Positions 38,583-49,061 of a DNA stretch of 64,000 nt are shown piece by piece. Every line of letters begins with the position of its first letter. Position 1 is the first letter of the stretch. The stretch is from an uncultured Pseudobdellovibrionaceae bacterium (GTDB lineage: Bacteria; Bdellovibrionota; Bdellovibrionia; Bdellovibrionales; UBA1609): positions 192,001 to 256,000 of the forward strand of contig CAWDNU010000001.1 in assembly GCA_963803705.1 (NCBI GenBank), in the 5' to 3' direction. Under the pieces are notes generated by a model. The model had not been told where the DNA came from and did no database searches. It was given only the letters and a program-made list of their open reading frames with translations. The translations under genes were made by a program, and so were the position numbers.

Positions 38583-38613
38583 ATCTTAAGCTAATAATAA
38601 AACCAGGAAAACG

Positions 38614-40092
38614 ATGCAAACTTCTTTTAAATTTATAGACCTTCTGCTTATAACACCCATGTTGACACTATTTCTATTTAGCTTGATTCCAATAGGTCTT
38701 AAAGCTTTTGCTAGAAAAAACCAAGAAGGAAAAACTGACCTAGTAGTTGGCATTGCAGTGTTAGGTATATTTGTTTCGATAGTATTAATGATGTTGCTTC
38801 ACGGTAAAGTTTTTTACCAAGGAACATTTTACGCCTTTTCACAGGCTTTAGTTTTCGACAAACTCACCTTTTTTTCAACAATACTTTCTTATGTTCTTTC
38901 ACTGTTAAGCCTACCCTTTCTTCTTAATCATCCTGCGATCAAAAGATCCCAAATCTCAGAGTTTATTTTTCTATATTTAAATTCGATTTTGGGTATGTCT
39001 ATTTTAATCGCTTCTAATGACTTGATAATAACTTTTATTGGCCTAGAACTGATGTCCTTGTCTCTTTATATGATGATCATGATGAACAGAGAGTTTCAGA
39101 ATTCAAAGGAAGCCGCAATAAAGTATTTTGTTTTAGGATCTGTGGCTTCTGCTATTTTATTGTTCGGGATTTCTTTGGTATATGGTTCAGTGGTTTTACT
39201 GTCGAATGGTCAAATAACAACTCACTATTCTGGAATTGTCGAAGTCGCGGCTGAGCTCATCACTACAGACAGAGTATTTATCGCTGGATACGCACTCATA
39301 CTTATTGGATTTGCATTTAAGATCGCTATGTTTCCATTCCATAATTGGGTACCGGATGTATATCAAGGTTCTGCGACTCCTTTAACTTTATTTATGGCAA
39401 CAGCGGTTAAAGTGGCTTCAATTATGGCTCTGGCGCGTATTCTAATGCTTGGACCATTGAAGGACTCTTTTTCAATCACAGCAACGCTTCAGTGGCTGGC
39501 TGTTCTGACAATGCTCGCCGGAAACTTGGGCGCTTTAGCACAGTCTTCTATGAAACGCATATTTGCATATTCAAGTGTAGCACACTCTGGATATATATTA
39601 GTTGGACTAATTGGATTGTCAGTCGAGCAGAATTTTTTTGGTGTTAATACTCAGGCATTGCTCTTGTACCTTTTAGGTTATGGGCTTTTTTCAGTTGGGA
39701 CGTTTGGATTCTTAAGTTTTTTAGAGAAGTCAGCGGAAGATGATATTCAAATAAACAGCCTACAAGGTTTTTTCTACCGGTCTCCGTGGGTAGCTAGTGG
39801 GCTTGCTTTCTGCCTATTAGGTTTAGCAGGTATTCCGCCGACGTTAGGTTTTTTTACTAAATTTTATATTTTTTCATCAGCGATGAACGAAGGTTTCTAT
39901 TGGTTAGTGACCTGGGCCTTAGTCAATTCTGTGATAGGCGTTTTTTATTACTTAAAACCTATTGTCTACATGTTTTTTTACGCAGAGAAAAAACAAATCC
40001 ATTACTTAGAACATAGTTTTCAGAAGATAATTTTCTTATCAGTTGGTTTTATAAGTTTACTTGGTGGGATAGTGCTTCCCATGATGTTTTAA
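38614..40092 (+). CDS. nuoN: NADH-quinone oxidoreductase subunit N
   Basis: EAAIKYFVLGS, FPFHNWVPDVYQG and AYSSVAHSGY motifs. Confidence 0.96.
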   Translation: MQTSFKFIDLLLITPMLTLFLFSLIPIGLKAFARKNQEGKTDLVVGIAVLGIFVSIVLMMLLHGKVFYQGTFYAFSQALVFDKLTFFSTILSYVLSLLSLPFLLNHPAIKRSQISEFIFLYLNSILGMSILIASNDLIITFIGLELMSLSLYMMIMMNREFQNSKEAAIKYFVLGSVASAILLFGISLVYGSVVLLSNGQITTHYSGIVEVAAELITTDRVFIAGYALILIGFAFKIAMFPFHNWVPDVYQGSATPLTLFMATAVKVASIMALARILMLGPLKDSFSITATLQWLAVLTMLAGNLGALAQSSMKRIFAYSSVAHSGYILVGLIGLSVEQNFFGVNTQALLLYLLGYGLFSVGTFGFLSFLEKSAEDDIQINSLQGFFYRSPWVASGLAFCLLGLAGIPPTLGFFTKFYIFSSAMNEGFYWLVTWALVNSVIGVFYYLKPIVYMFFYAEKKQIHYLEHSFQKIIFLSVGFISLLGGIVLPMMF

Positions 40093-40228
40093 TCAGAAGG
40101 CGCGTCAGCCTGATCGGATTTAAGAAAAGTTTCAGTGGCGACTGGTGTCAGGTTCCGAATACTGGCCGCACCGCTTCAACCTTCCTACGCTTTAATATCT
40201 ATTTAAACTTTAAAAGTGAGGCAGACCT

Positions 40229-40244
40229 TGGCACTTGCCTTGCA
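40229..40244 (+). promoter_or_regulatory. Putative sigma-54 (-24/-12) promoter
   Basis: TGGCACTTGCCTTGCA fits TGGCAC-N5-TTGCA with exact GG-N10-GC spacing, in an intergenic region. Confidence 0.6.
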
Positions 40245-40718
40245 TTTCCTGCGTAACTGCCGGTTTCTAAATCTAGTGTAATAGGCTTTCCGTTTTTTTT
40301 ATATAAAAAATTAGTGCAAGACTTCGCGCCAACGAGCTCACTTGTAATAGTGAGCCATCTAAAGATAAAGCTGTTAGTTATGCCATCAGCTACGACTTAG
40401 AATCTGAAACATGTTCCATAGTTTCAGAGAATAATGAGGGTGAAAAATTGCTAAGACAAATGCGAACTGATACTGAAGTCACCATGCAGACCTCAATTAC
40501 AGCGACAATAACTAGCGATAATGAAGACTATTACTTTGCCAAGTTAGAGCAAGAGTTTTACAACGGCGACCTAGGAAAGACTATTGGTGATCACCTAGGA
40601 CTCCTTCTTACTTTGTAAAATATCATTGTATGCCTGGAACATATCCTTACCATAGAAAGTCGTAGCTATTTATTTCAATATAACATAACCAATACTTATT
40701 TGATGTTTCAAAAACTCT

Positions 40719-41918
40719 TCACAAATCATAGATTCTTAATTTATCCATGGCGGACTTATATCCGGTTCTAGTGATGTCTTCTAAATTTTTGCTATTTAAG
40801 CTGAAATGATCTGCAAAAAACATTTTGTGATCTTGGGGACTTGGGTGAATATAAATATAATCAGCGTCTAGGTTTATGTTGGTTGTATCTACAATTCTGT
40901 TTATCAACAGGTCTCGCTCTAGATTAGAAATTTCTTGGTCTTCACAAAAAGTGTTCAAGATATCAATCACTCTGGTATAGGCATCTTGGTGAGTCCTATA
41001 GTCGACAACCTTCTGATGTATCATTTGGTATAGGGCTTGGTTTATAATTACAGGAATGCCATATTGATTTAAACTGCCTGACTTCGCGTTGAACTCATAT
41101 GGGCTCATTGAATAAGAAGCAATAATTAGATCACATCCTAGGTCGGCCGCAATATGAGTGCTCATCGTGTCCCTTATCTCTCCGTCAAAGAAATAAGTGG
41201 GATCTTCTGCACCGGGTAAGGTTATCTCAAAGGGACTAAAGACTGGGGGTAGGGATGTAGATGCAGCTATAGCTTCGGAAATATCAATCCCAGAAAAGTA
41301 ATCAAAGTTATTTTTATTGCTTAGTTCTTTTTCTAGCTGAGGCCCGAATATAGCTTTTTTCGGATAATCTAGATATGTTGCCACAATAAAGAGCTGATTT
41401 CCAAGGTCGTCAAAAGAATTTGTTTTCAAGGCAACGTCTGCGAAGTACTTCTGAATATTTCTTGTATTAAAAAGTCCATTAATCTTAATACCTTTCTTTA
41501 ACAAAGACTCGATACCACCCTTAAGATTAAGCTTACTAGAAAAAATGGCAGGGGTGAGTAACCTCAGTAAAGCGTCCTTAATAGACACGTTAAAGATATC
41601 TAGGTAACCCATGGGTTTTAATTGAATAGGCTGAGTACTCAAATCAATCTCTTTGCCTAACCCTTCCAAACCCGCACCCATAGTGAAAGAATGAATAATC
41701 TCTTCAAGAGAGTACCCAGATGCAAGAAAACTAGCAACAATAGATCCAGCACTAGACCCTATGAAATGCTTAATGTTTAAAGGACTCTCTTCAGGTTCTC
41801 CGAACTTGAAACCGCGTTGTCTCATGGCTAAACAAACACCAGTATGAAATGCTCCTGCTTTTATTCCACCTCCACTTAAAACTAAAGAAGGTTTTTTTTT
41901 CTTTTTTAGATCAATCAT
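40719..41918 (-). CDS. Patatin-like phospholipase
   Basis: LSGGG oxyanion motif, GSSAG nucleophile, ASTSLPPVF and FFDGE (DG motif). Confidence 0.88.
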   Translation of the reverse strand: MIDLKKKKKPSLVLSGGGIKAGAFHTGVCLAMRQRGFKFGEPEESPLNIKHFIGSSAGSIVASFLASGYSLEEIIHSFTMGAGLEGLGKEIDLSTQPIQLKPMGYLDIFNVSIKDALLRLLTPAIFSSKLNLKGGIESLLKKGIKINGLFNTRNIQKYFADVALKTNSFDDLGNQLFIVATYLDYPKKAIFGPQLEKELSNKNNFDYFSGIDISEAIAASTSLPPVFSPFEITLPGAEDPTYFFDGEIRDTMSTHIAADLGCDLIIASYSMSPYEFNAKSGSLNQYGIPVIINQALYQMIHQKVVDYRTHQDAYTRVIDILNTFCEDQEISNLERDLLINRIVDTTNINLDADYIYIHPSPQDHKMFFADHFSLNSKNLEDITRTGYKSAMDKLRIYDL

Positions 41919-42112
41919 CTGACTATAATAAGTAGTGTTAGCAGGCCTTTCAATTGATTAGGTAGTAGACTTGCTGAGTCATATGACTAGCAAAAAGGAT
42001 AGTCAATGGTCTAGAATTAACTATATATACAGGAATAAGGTCCTGATTACTCAATATCTATATTTACTCAATTGGGTGCTGTGATACATTTTGAATAGGC
42101 GAGAGGAGTTCA

Positions 42113-42676
42113 ATGACAACAAAGGAATGGTTAACGCTATCTGATTACTCATCAAAGTACAGAACCAGCGTTTCTACATTACGAAGACGGATTAAAAAAG
42201 ATGAAATTCAATATGTCTTCGATAATGGGAAATACTTTATTCCGGATATGTCCCTTCACTCTGTCGCAAGTTCCAAGAAGACGTTTTCGCACGCCCCCCC
42301 AAAAAAATCTGTTGATAAACCCTCAGGTCAAAATTATAGCGAAAACGACTTTTTGGGATTTGAAGAAAGCTTAGATCTAGATTTTGATCTGGAATTGAAG
42401 AAAGACAAAGCGTTTGAGTCTGAAATAAACTTTTTAGGCACCGATAAATCTCCGCCACAATTTACGCGCAGCCAGTCCTCAGCAGAGAGCATTCAAATTC
42501 AAAATATATTGTCTCCACTTTTGGATCAGATGAATAAAGAGTTGAAAAAAGCATACTCAGCGACCCTACAAGAAAAAGAGGAACAGATCATAATATTAAA
42601 AGAGCAAGTCGCTGATTTAAAAACTCTTATAAATTTTTTAGAGTCAGAAAATAAAAGACTAGTTAATTCGTTTTAA
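42113..42676 (+). CDS. Hypothetical protein: N-terminal MerR/excisionase-like HTH, low-complexity linker, C-terminal coiled coil
   Basis: WLTLSDYSSKYRTSVSTLRRRIKK HTH-like segment and KEEQIIILKEQVADLKTLINFLESENKRL heptads. Shine-Dalgarno GAGGAG. Confidence 0.7.
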   Translation: MTTKEWLTLSDYSSKYRTSVSTLRRRIKKDEIQYVFDNGKYFIPDMSLHSVASSKKTFSHAPPKKSVDKPSGQNYSENDFLGFEESLDLDFDLELKKDKAFESEINFLGTDKSPPQFTRSQSSAESIQIQNILSPLLDQMNKELKKAYSATLQEKEEQIIILKEQVADLKTLINFLESENKRLVNSF

Positions 42677-42859
42677 AATTTAACTGGTACTAAAAGGGGT
42701 GTACAGATTATACACACACCTGAACTAATTTTCGCTCAATCTGAGAACATCTTTTGTTTTAACTTAAAGCTTTAATTTTACTTCAATTTAATGTATCAAA
42801 ATGGGACAAAGATATCCTTATCCATTTCAGTTTTATAAATTTATGACGAAAAGAGTATC

Positions 42860-43069
42860 ATGTTAAATAGATTAGCCATATTTTCATTTTTAGTGTTCTC
42901 TTCAGTTGCAATTCCGATGCAAAGTGAACGAAACTATCAAAGCCGTACAGTTCAAAGTTTAGACCTGGAAAGTTGTGTGAGCTCCGAGGACAAGATGATG
43001 ATCACAGACGACATTATCAATCAAAGTCCCGAAAAAAACCATTTAAGCAATCCTAATTGCAAAAACTAA
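42860..43069 (+). CDS. Small putative secreted protein
   Basis: 69 aa, signal-peptide-like N terminus, two Cys residues. Confidence 0.45.
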   Translation: MLNRLAIFSFLVFSSVAIPMQSERNYQSRTVQSLDLESCVSSEDKMMITDDIINQSPEKNHLSNPNCKN

Positions 43070-43117
43070 CTTACAGCTAACTCAATAAATACCTTGTTAA
43101 TTTTAGAACTGAAATGC

Positions 43118-43153
43118 AAAAAAAAACCACTTTCCGTTTGCTGAAAGTGGTTT
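43118..43153 (-). terminator. Intrinsic terminator after lon (possibly bidirectional)
   Basis: Stem AAACCACTTTC/GAAAGTGGTTT, with an A-run that reads as a U-tract on the minus strand. Confidence 0.8.
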
Positions 43154-43177
43154 CGTGAAACAATTTACATTTTTAAC

Positions 43178-45573
43178 TTAAGCAACTAAACGTCTTGAAC
43201 CGGTATCCTTGCTTTTGCCTTTTTCTTTCGCCGGGCTATTCAGAAGAACAACTTGAAGTACTTCATCAATATTTTCAACCAAAATAAAGTTAATTTTTTC
43301 CTTAAATTCATTAGGAATATCTTCAAGATCTTTCTTGTTAGCTACGGGTACAATTATATTTTTAATACCTTGATTCAATGCTGCTAAAGCTTTTTCTCTG
43401 ATACCACCTACAGGTAAAACTCGTCCAGTCAACGTTAACTCCCCCGTCATAGCGACGTCCATTCGAACAGGAGTGTTTGTAACCAGACTTACTATAGCAG
43501 TTGCAAGTGTGACCCCCGCTGATGGACCGTCTTTTGGAATTGCTCCCGCAGGCAGGTGGATATGTATGTGGTGAGTGCTAAACCAGTTATCGTCAATCCC
43601 AAGATTTTCTGCATTTGCTTTAGCATATGAAAGAGCTGCTGTTGCAGATTCCTTCATAACATCGCCAAGCTTTCCAGTCAGCGTCAAGCCGCCAGTGCCT
43701 TTCATTGCTAAAGTTTCTACGTAAAGAATTTCTCCGCCAGCTTGAGTCCAAGCTAGACCAGTAACTATGCCAACTCTATCTTCAGTTAATCTTGGGTCTC
43801 TTATAAAGTGGGGAGGGCCCATCAGTTCATACACTGACTCTGATGTTATCTCTACTTTTTTTGCTTTTTCAGTAACAATAAGCTTAGCCACCTTTCTACA
43901 GACGGATCCGATTTCTCTTTCTAAATTTCTCAAGCCAGCTTCACGGGTGTATCCAGAAATTAAGGTTTTAATACCTTCTTCGGTAAAAATAATTTGAGCA
44001 TGGTTTTAAACCGTTTTGATCAATTTGTCGTTTAATAAGATGAGCTTTTGAAATTAATAGTTTGTCATTTTCGGTGTAGCCCGGAATATAGATCATTTCC
44101 ATTCTATCTTTAAGCGCAGCTGGTATGTTCTCGACAACGTTTGCCGTTGCTATAAATAACACCTCGGACAGATCAAAGTCAGTATTGATATAGTTATCTT
44201 TGAAAGTGCTGTTTTGCTCTGGATCTAGAACTTCTAACATAGCAGAGCTGGGATCACCTCTGAAGTCAGAACCTAACTTATCAATTTCATCCAAAACAAT
44301 GACAGGGTTTTTAGTTTTGGCTTGTTTCATTGCCTGTATAATTTTGCCAGGTAAAGCACCTACATAAGTTCTTCTGTGGCCACGAATTTCAGCCTCGTCT
44401 TTAAGTCCGCCTAAAGAAACGCGTTGATAGTTCCGGCCCATGGCTTTAGCTATGCTTTTACCCAAAGATGTTTTTCCGACTCCTGGGGGACCTGCTAGAC
44501 AAAGTATTGGGCCTTTAATTTCATTTTTCAGACTTCTTACTGCTAAGAACTCTAAAATTCTATCTTTTACTTTGTTCAAATCATAGTGATCTTCATCAAG
44601 CACTTTTTTCGCGTTAATGACATCTAAATTATCTACAGTTTTTTTACTCCATGGCAAATCTACCATCCAATCCATATAACTTCTTAACATTGAAGACTCA
44701 CTAGAATCAGGATGCATTCTTTCTAAACGACCGAGTTGTTTAACCACCTCTTCTTCAACTTTTTCAGGCATTTGGGCATCAGTTACTTTCTTTCTGTAAT
44801 CTTCAATTTCGTCTGATTTAGCATCAGCAGGGCTGTCACCAAGTTCATTTTTAATGGCACGCATTTGTTCTCTTAAAAAGTATTCTCTTTGAGACTTTGA
44901 CATCTGCGAGTTCGGTTTGTGACCTTGCTCTTTCATGTTTTCAATTTCTAAGGTTAAGATTTCATCGACCAGGCGAAGACGGTCAAGGGGATTTATGACT
45001 TCAAGCACTCTCTGACAGTCGTTTACAGATAGGCTAAGGTTACTTGCTATTAAATCTGCAAGTTGACCAGGCTTACTTTTAACATCATCTAATACGAACA
45101 AAATATCTGGAGATATCATTTTTCCAAGACCAATTAACTTCTCTAGTTTTTCTCGTGAACTACGCATAAGGGCTTCGGCTTCCAGACTCAGCGTTTCAGG
45201 TTCGATATCATCAAGTTTTTCTACGTTCACTTCAAAGAAGGGTTTTTTGTTAACAAACTCGTCAACGACAGCTTTTGAAATACCTCTAACTAAGATTTTA
45301 ACTCGTCCGTCAGGAAGTTTTCTCATACGTTCGATAACAGCTACAGTTCCAATTTTATAAATTGAATTCTGAGTAGGGCTCTTCTTCGTTGACTTCAACC
45401 TGCGAAGCCAAAAATATAATTCTATTGTTAGTTAATGCCTTTTCAACAGCCTTAATTGATGAATCTCGACCAACATACAAAGGTAGAATCATGTAAGGAA
45501 ATATAACCATATCTCTTACTGGTAAGAGCGGTAAAGTTTTGGGAATTTCTTGCTGTTTATTGTCTGAACTCAT
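43178..45573 (-). CDS. lon: ATP-dependent Lon protease (two frameshifts, near 45370 and 43970)
   Basis: LPLLPVRDMVIFP, GPPGVGKTS, DEIDKL, PKDGPSAG catalytic Ser and VLPVGGIREK, across three ORFs. ATG at 45573 with GGAGG. Confidence 0.95.
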
Positions 45574-45682
45574 TGTGCCTCCGGTGCCTATAAACATGAG
45601 AAACATCCAAATTTCCCATATGACTATATCGGATAAGCAGCTCAAATCTATAGTGTCGTAGCACAGGTAGAAGGTCTAAAAA

Positions 45683-47653
45683 TTACAAAGTCTTGCCCTC
45701 AATTACTATTTTTTTATCTCTAACAATTAGATTAAAAATAGGAAGATTGACAATTCTGGACTGGTCCAAAGTTAGGTTACCTAAACAGCCGTCCACTTGG
45801 CCCAAAGACTCTAATTTTTCTTTAAGTTCAACCCTATTAGATGGTGAACCGTTTAGTGCTGTTTTAACAATTTTTGCAGAATCAAATCCAAGAACTGAAA
45901 ACATATTAGGCTCTTTACCGCCAAGTGATTTGGCAATCGAACGTGTGCACGAGTTATTAGGCCATTGTCCAGTCGGTGGAAGAGAATCAATAAAAACAGC
46001 TCCCTCGACCTGTTCTGGCGCCCTCTTTATAAGTTCGTCACTGTTCCATAAATGAGTTCCAATTAAAGGCGTGTTTTCTAAATCAAAATAAGGAAGAGTT
46101 GCTGCTACTAGTGCAGCAGGTTTTGCGGAATCAGCAATAAATATCGAGTCAAAATCAATAATAGGCTTTAATAATTCTTCAATTGGTGGGGGATTCAAGC
46201 GTCGTGCGTTTTTATTTTCTCGCTTCCAGGTATTTTGTTTTCTAAGAAACTCGCTTTTACGCTCTCCTTCTGGATCTAGTTTAACAATTCCTTTAATGGC
46301 TTCATTTAAACTTCGCTTGTTCGAAAAAGTATATGCCCTAACTTCAGTTATTTCTTTTCCGCCATTGGTTATAGCTTGGATAAAGGCTTCGGCGTAAAGA
46401 TTTCCAAAATTATCATCCGGCTTTAGAACGGCTATTCTTTTGAATCTTTCATTTTTTAATACATATTCAGCTGTCCTTAATGCGGAGTACTTTAAAGTTA
46501 GTGCGTTTTGAAATGTAAAATCAAAGCTTTCAACAATTCCAGGTTTTGGTGTTAGGACTAAGGTCGGAACTCCGAACCGAGAGGCCACTCCGACTATAGC
46601 AGAAGCAGTTGCAGTTGTTGCTCCACCAATAATTGCAAAAACACCACTGTCCCGGATAAGTGAATCAGCCGCCTGTGCAGCTGATTCGGGGTGAGACTGG
46701 CTGTCCTTTATAACTAATTTATAGTTTCCAGATCCAGATTCCATCCCTACTTTAAGACCACGAAGAATATTTTCGCCTATTGCTCTTTTATCACCGGTCA
46801 TGGGGATGATCACTCCAATCGCATTTTTATCCACATTTTTGTAAATCGCAGAGTATTTATTCATCTCTGCAATCCGTTGCCTAAGCTGACCAGAAGGCAA
46901 TAGTTGAAGTGCATTTTCAAAATGCCTAGTGGCTTCCTCAGAGTCCCCTGAATAATAGTAGATTTCGCCAAGTTTAGCGTAGGCATCACCATGGTATTCA
47001 ACCATTTCTGAGTCGTTAATAATAGATTGAAGCTCATCTCTGTTCAGACGTACTTGTATTAAGTTTTTACTAATTTCACGTACTTCATTTTTTAAGTTTT
47101 TGTCGTTAGTGTTTTTATATATATAATCAATGGCAGTTAAGGCAGTTAAAAAGTCACTACTAGCTATGAATAATGGGTAGGCAAATTTATAAAAAATTAA
47201 TTTGTCTTGAACAGATATCGTAGGTTGAGACTGACCAGATTTAGAATAATAAATAGCCTTGTTTAGGTCTCCTTTATTTTTGTATAAAGAAGCAGTTCTA
47301 TAAAAAGCAAAAACCCTTTTCGGGTGATTGAAATTAGATGAAATCACTCTTTCATAGGCTTTCAGGGCTTCTAAAAATCTGTTTTGCTGTTCAAGAACCT
47401 GACCCATCATGATCATGGCTTCAAAGTAGACCATAGAATTGGTTGGTCTTAGCGCTATTTCATTTAGCCTACTTAGAGCTAAATCAGGATTACCAGGTAG
47501 TGCTTGCTGGGCTGATTTAAAAATAGCAGTTTCCTTGGCAGAAGGCGAGATTGCATTCTGTTTAGGAATATTAATTTTTTCAAATTCTGGCGAGGTGACA
47601 CAAGATGATATAAGTAGAGAAATCGATAAAATTCTAAAAAGTTTTAAGGTCAC
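45683..47653 (-). CDS. LpoA/LppC-like lipoprotein (TPR plus type-I periplasmic-binding fold; penicillin-binding protein activator-like)
   Basis: Lipobox LISSC, TPR-like helices, IGVIIPMTG, AIIGG and GFDSAK segments. Confidence 0.75.
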   Translation of the reverse strand: MTLKLFRILSISLLISSCVTSPEFEKINIPKQNAISPSAKETAIFKSAQQALPGNPDLALSRLNEIALRPTNSMVYFEAMIMMGQVLEQQNRFLEALKAYERVISSNFNHPKRVFAFYRTASLYKNKGDLNKAIYYSKSGQSQPTISVQDKLIFYKFAYPLFIASSDFLTALTAIDYIYKNTNDKNLKNEVREISKNLIQVRLNRDELQSIINDSEMVEYHGDAYAKLGEIYYYSGDSEEATRHFENALQLLPSGQLRQRIAEMNKYSAIYKNVDKNAIGVIIPMTGDKRAIGENILRGLKVGMESGSGNYKLVIKDSQSHPESAAQAADSLIRDSGVFAIIGGATTATASAIVGVASRFGVPTLVLTPKPGIVESFDFTFQNALTLKYSALRTAEYVLKNERFKRIAVLKPDDNFGNLYAEAFIQAITNGGKEITEVRAYTFSNKRSLNEAIKGIVKLDPEGERKSEFLRKQNTWKRENKNARRLNPPPIEELLKPIIDFDSIFIADSAKPAALVAATLPYFDLENTPLIGTHLWNSDELIKRAPEQVEGAVFIDSLPPTGQWPNNSCTRSIAKSLGGKEPNMFSVLGFDSAKIVKTALNGSPSNRVELKEKLESLGQVDGCLGNLTLDQSRIVNLPIFNLIVRDKKIVIEGKTL

Positions 47654-47661
47654 AGAGCCTC

Positions 47662-48510
47662 CTACAGGTCTTTGATAGTTCTCTCGTATTTTTCAACCAG
47701 AGGAGATTTTTTCTCAGAAATTTTCTGGATCCAAAATTTTTCTTCAGTAGATAATTCTAATGGTAAATCAGTTAAAACGCGAATAAGAAAATCACCTTTT
47801 CCAAAACCTTGTACACGTGGAAATCCTTTACCTTTCAGTCTAAAAATTTGACCGGACCTAGTACCAGCTGGAATTTTTAGTTTTGAAAATCCATATAAGG
47901 TAGGAACAAATTTATCACAGCCAAACATGACTTCTGACAAAGAAAGTGGAAGATCCATTCTAACGTTTCTCCCTTCTTTAGAAAATAGCGGGTGTGAGTT
48001 TAAATGGATATGCACTATCAAATCACCAACAGGTCGACGACCATCACGCGAGCCTTCGCCTTGTACGCGCAACTTCTGACCATCTATCACCCCCGCGGGC
48101 ACAGAAACTGATAGTCTCACAGTTTCGTTAGTAAGCTCTACAGATTGTCTGATATATTGCACGGTCTTAGTGCAGCCTTCAGCTGCTTCGTAGATACTTA
48201 GGTTTAAAACATATTTTAAGTTTAAAGGGCGATCCGGAGCAGTAGCTGGCTTTTGTTTACTACCTTCTTCTACAGGCCGATCTCTGCTAAAAACACCTGG
48301 ATCGGTAACCTCTAAATCTTCGTCTTTGTAACTTTCTAAAATAAAATCGTAAGCGTCTTTTAACTCTCTGAACCTTTCGACAGCCTCGTTGTTACCAGGG
48401 TTGTGATCAGGGTGAAATCTTAAAGCTTTTTTTCTGTAAGCTTTCCTGACTTCGTCAAGATTGTGAACTTGATCCAAACCAAGTGACTGAAGTGCGATTT
48501 TTAGGTTCAA
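47662..48510 (-). CDS. DnaJ-class chaperone lacking the Zn finger (CbpA-like)
   Basis: J-domain HPD (RFHPDHN), C-terminal VPAGV...GDL and KIPAGT...RLKGKG; no CxxCxGxG repeats. Confidence 0.88.
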   Translation of the reverse strand: MNLKIALQSLGLDQVHNLDEVRKAYRKKALRFHPDHNPGNNEAVERFRELKDAYDFILESYKDEDLEVTDPGVFSRDRPVEEGSKQKPATAPDRPLNLKYVLNLSIYEAAEGCTKTVQYIRQSVELTNETVRLSVSVPAGVIDGQKLRVQGEGSRDGRRPVGDLIVHIHLNSHPLFSKEGRNVRMDLPLSLSEVMFGCDKFVPTLYGFSKLKIPAGTRSGQIFRLKGKGFPRVQGFGKGDFLIRVLTDLPLELSTEEKFWIQKISEKKSPLVEKYERTIKDL

Positions 48511-49061
48511 TCTTCAAGTTCCTTTGAGACAACAACTTGAGAGTGCCGAAGTACTTTATCGTGGTACTTATAACCTTTTTTAAAAACATCAATAATTGTA
48601 TTTTCGGAATAATCTTTGGTAGGTACCTGAGAAATAGCTTCATGAAGATTTGGATCAAATTTAGTTTCAAAGCTTGGAATCTCAAATATCCCATGCTTTT
48701 CTAAAGTTTTCTTAAGCTCTACAGCCGTTATTTCAACACCTTGTTTAAAGGACTGGTAGTTATTTTCATTAATATCAGTAGCCAATGCCTTTTCAAAAAC
48801 ATCGAGCACTGCTAGTAAATCTGAAGCTAACCTTTCTCCGCTATACTTCAAGATATCGGAGCGCTCCTTAATCGCATTTTTTTTATAATTATCAAACTCA
48901 GCTCTTAAATATAAGTAGTCATTTCTAATTTGCGCAGCTGGATCAGGATCCTGTTCTTTTTTTATTTTTGAAACATTGGATTGCTTCCCAATATTTGCTT
49001 TTGTTTTTTCAGCAGGAAATTCATTATTATTATCTGGTGGCTCACTGTTTTTATCACTCAT
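48507..49061 (-). CDS. grpE: Nucleotide exchange factor GrpE
   Basis: AEFDNYKK, FDPNLHEA and KGYKYHDKVLRHSQVVV motifs. Confidence 0.95.
   Translation of the reverse strand: MSDKNSEPPDNNNEFPAEKTKANIGKQSNVSKIKKEQDPDPAAQIRNDYLYLRAEFDNYKKNAIKERSDILKYSGERLASDLLAVLDVFEKALATDINENNYQSFKQGVEITAVELKKTLEKHGIFEIPSFETKFDPNLHEAISQVPTKDYSENTIIDVFKKGYKYHDKVLRHSQVVVSKELED

Noticed and set aside
40096..40190. tRNA-Sec, SRP RNA or TPP riboswitch
   Set aside because: No T-loop or CCA and no SRP GGAA motif. TPP-like words (GAACCTGA, GCGTAGG) occur in the wrong order.
26174..45573. True pseudogenes or programmed frameshifts in atpC, mfd, nuoA/H/L and lon
   Set aside because: Indels are clustered, often at homopolymers, and fall in conserved housekeeping genes with intact motifs. 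Sequencing error is more parsimonious.
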